Source of the DNA: Armatimonadota bacterium
GTDB lineage: Bacteria > Armatimonadota > Fimbriimonadia > Fimbriimonadales > GBS-DC
NCBI GenBank assembly: GCA_037445735.1
Contig: JBBIJY010000032.1
Coordinates: 1 to 27,562, forward strand
DNA: 27,562 nt
Reading direction: 5' to 3'
Shown here piece after piece: positions 26,001 through 27,562 of the stretch; the stretch's first letter is position 1, and every line of letters starts with the position of its first letter. The notes beneath the pieces were generated by a model. It was not told where the DNA came from. It saw only the letters and a list, made by a program, of their open reading frames with translations, and did no database searches. Both the position numbers and the translations under genes were made by a program.

Positions 26001-26113
26001 GCGACTCGCAGGAGCGTGCCCTGCCCCCAGGCTCCTACCTGCTGCTGCTGGAAGCCGTCGATTCAGAGGGGCGCATCGCACGCGCCACCGCGCCGATTGT
26101 GCTGACCCGATAG
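23063..26113 (+). CDS. Large exported protein with a C-terminal FlgD-like Ig domain
   Basis: Signal peptide ending AVNA-Q, repeated LPAGLNMISLP/LQPGWNLIGHP, and the tail LTWNGRD...LPPGSYL. The start is approximate. Confidence 0.8.
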   Translation: MRDWMWRATAGGIGALLLIAAVNAQLYHNIVNRPFETVSNGPQNVIVVDIDRAGRSPDAIERLVRERVAQVSRAQIAGARPLIRLYKRMGLLPPDYRVPIFHTVVLRRNGQLLLPHRTRDGGLGNGTLTIQIQDGDNPFPAQYKALLQTVASRVLTLVEAEYGKAARTLTITVVNYDDQIGDRDAVVGGVYDVSNSRFLFAIYNAPEAAAVSLLYLIVRAFHADAGFAYDAWEEGFARAVTARIARSSAFRQIAGLNPATIDLMLDQNFDVRPYYDAWNQPVLGSPGFIAPSLRQAPIAPGTTGGLWLVRYQMAGSAWLKLATEYPSFFREFNTRYYAQYTPDLRGNIPNLLAIARQTLSALSGSGNPTVEGVPFDQWYRQQYILDTSLTYGRKLHAQMFPYIASIQPDEQAVFTVFLTYFQTVRTAGGWDEAMLNGTSYPIYWDFSYNRLTLSPQYERVDIRVGTGAVVPSFIGSEVAHQRLTVDFSVGTENARVVYPSSKVQGTNFRNNFFGVVYGLDNGRVRIDLGVEQKEAEITKGAFGVAFSESALRRERIARLTFFDAQSVEVGTVQVNTGIGFQFVMVRLQTAADTFPLSLPAGLNMISLPLRPYESDFAKLLNIPANQLRLAHWRQERFNYVYYPETPPPAPGVGYFLYLASPLTVSIQGEPAPTDREFAIALQPGWNLIGHPFRESVDLRSVRVVHQFSEPVVWETATESIGGEPPLVGDKVWTLGTAGYISATLLEPGKAYWVRVLRPEGVTLLIPPPTRSRAASSRAPERPAWAMELALQSRAGGGVVTLGLDTPPRTRSRWAKAEAPPALPGMTAFAILGENQQQLLQDTRTLGTRQQWSLQVVPAEPNSEHTLTWRIPPARRRWRIVLENPVTGERVDMRRQSAYRFTPGGAQVLRITLEPESHLPPRIVGVQVSATRGSAVTIRYQLTADATVRAEVRSMRGETLRVLQPSRAAGAGVQSLTWNGRDSQERALPPGSYLLLLEAVDSEGRIARATAPIVLTR

Positions 26114-26122
26114 AGAACCGCT

Positions 26123-27001
26123 ATGCGACGCTTGAACTGGCTCTGGATTGCTCTCTTGCTGATAGGGTTGAACGCCTGCGGAGGTGGGGGCGGGCTGGGT
26201 CCTGTCGCCATCCTGCGCGGGCGCGTGGTGCTGGTGGGCACAGGTTTGCCGCCCAACCCCGCTGCCACCGTCGAAGCGGGCGGTGCGCGAACCACCACCG
26301 ACACGCAGGAAGGCACTTTCCAGCTCGCCGTACCGCCGACCGCCACGCAATTGACTGTGCGCTCGCAGGGGCTGCCCGATTTCACCTTTCGCCTGCCTCC
26401 CCTGCAGGTAGGACAGACCTACGATCTGGGCGATCTCTACATCGGACCGCAGACCGTGGTCGTGCGCGGGCGGGTGGTGAACGCGCTCACGCAGGAGCCT
26501 GTCGAGGGCGCCATCATCAGCCTGCTGGGTCAGCTGACGCAAAGCGACGCGAACGGACGCTTCACCCTCAATGATGTCGCCTACGATCCCAACGGCGTGC
26601 TGGACCCCGAGGGCACCATCCAGCGCACGGGATACCTGCCGCGACGCTTTCTTGTGGATCAGCCTCCCGACAATGGCGAAATCGAGCTGGGTGACCTGCC
26701 GCTCCAGCCCGAAACGGACGAGAATCCCCCCAACACGCCAGGCAATGTGCAGGGTCGCGTGCAGGTGCCCGTGGGGACACCCGCAGGCACGCGAATCGAT
26801 ATCTACACGCCGCCCGACGCCCAGTTCCCGTCCGAATCGGTGGTCATCACACGCGATACAGGCGAGTTCCGCCTGTGGCTGCTGCCAGGCAACTATAAGC
26901 TGGTCTTCATCAGCGCAGGAGGCACCTATCGCGCCGAGCGCACCATCAGCGTAACGAGCCTCACCACCGTGACGGATCTCGGTGTGGTGCAGCTGCGGTA
27001 G
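26123..27001 (+). CDS. Lipoprotein with repeated carboxypeptidase-regulatory-like beta-sandwich domains
   Basis: Lipobox LNA-C followed by GGGGG, and three xGRV...G.F.L units. Confidence 0.85.
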   Translation: MRRLNWLWIALLLIGLNACGGGGGLGPVAILRGRVVLVGTGLPPNPAATVEAGGARTTTDTQEGTFQLAVPPTATQLTVRSQGLPDFTFRLPPLQVGQTYDLGDLYIGPQTVVVRGRVVNALTQEPVEGAIISLLGQLTQSDANGRFTLNDVAYDPNGVLDPEGTIQRTGYLPRRFLVDQPPDNGEIELGDLPLQPETDENPPNTPGNVQGRVQVPVGTPAGTRIDIYTPPDAQFPSESVVITRDTGEFRLWLLPGNYKLVFISAGGTYRAERTISVTSLTTVTDLGVVQLR

Positions 27002-27350
27002 CGGCAATCTAAGAACGCGAGATTGCCAGCTTGCCTCCTGCGGCACCAGCCGGTGAAACCAGCAGGAATCTGCCCCTGCCTGACGAACCTATCCCCACAC
27101 AGGAGGTGAGCAGAGAGGCAAAGGGCATTCAGCGGACACCGCCCTCGCTTGCCCGATGAATTTTGAGCGCGAGTGGCGCAACAAATGAGAGCGGGCAGTC
27201 AACCCGCGTGCAATGCGGCGCGAGGGGTGTCAAGGGCTTTCCTGATACAAGAGACAGTATCATGTAGCATCCAGCCAAAAGGCGAGCCATCCACCTGTTT
27301 TTGCCTCCGCATTCGCACGGGCGTTCGCGCCCATCCCCTGTCCCCCCGAT

Positions 27351-27562
27351 GTGCCTACCCTGACCCTGCCCAACGGCGATGCCAACCGAGATGGCGTGAT
27401 TGATGCCAGCGATTATACCTTTGTGGAGAGCCGCCTGGGTACCACCGATGCGCAAGCGGACCTCAACGGCGACGGCAAGGTGAACGAAGACGATTTAGCC
27501 ATCATCAAAGCCAACAAGGGGCTGCAAAGCGACACGGTGTGGGAAGGTTCTTTTCCCGCGCC
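27351..27562 (+). CDS. Dockerin type I domain protein, partial (runs off the window; 5' end unclear)
   Basis: Manual translation VPTLTLPNGDANRDGVIDASDY...ADLNGDGKVNEDDLAII shows paired Ca-binding loops. Confidence 0.8.
   Translation, partial: MPTLTLPNGDANRDGVIDASDYTFVESRLGTTDAQADLNGDGKVNEDDLAIIKANKGLQSDTVWEGSFPA

Noticed and set aside
27129-27455. 108-aa minus-strand and 76-aa plus-strand ORFs near the right end
   Set aside because: They overlap the dockerin-coding frame and have no supporting features.

Overview
GC-rich bacterial chromosomal window of mostly housekeeping genes. The dockerin and FlgD-Ig exported proteins suggest an Armatimonadota-like lineage, but this is inference only. 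From left to right: the 5' end of tuf preceded by tRNA-Tyr(GTA) and tRNA-Thr(GGT), rnhB, tdk, a membrane protein, an AddA/UvrD-type helicase without a nuclease domain, a DinB protein, an unannotated 49-aa membrane peptide ending in CCAGH, a DUF2726-like protein, an orphan MshEN-PilB/GspE ATPase, an MFS transporter, folB, a GT4 glycosyltransferase behind a ~250-nt switch-like structured leader, a divergent dnaA with no dnaN, accB-hom, a DUF1028 Ntn-hydrolase-TPR protein next to a MoaD-MoeB-rhodanese fusion, a DUF5693-like membrane protein, a coiled-coil repeat PD-(D/E)XK protein, an SDH/Clp-like protease, uvrC, a large exported FlgD-Ig protein, a lipoprotein and a partial dockerin gene. I saw no CRISPR array, transposase or prophage. 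The most notable signals are (1) the alternatively folding leader of the glycosyltransferase, (2) REP-like palindromes translated in frame inside two genes, (3) a recurrent GGTAnnnT -10 motif with several probably leaderless genes, (4) an internally blocked ubiquitin-like-E1 fusion next to an Ntn-hydrolase, and (5) a phased T-tract array upstream of dnaA. All family assignments come from motif recognition by eye, not from database searches.
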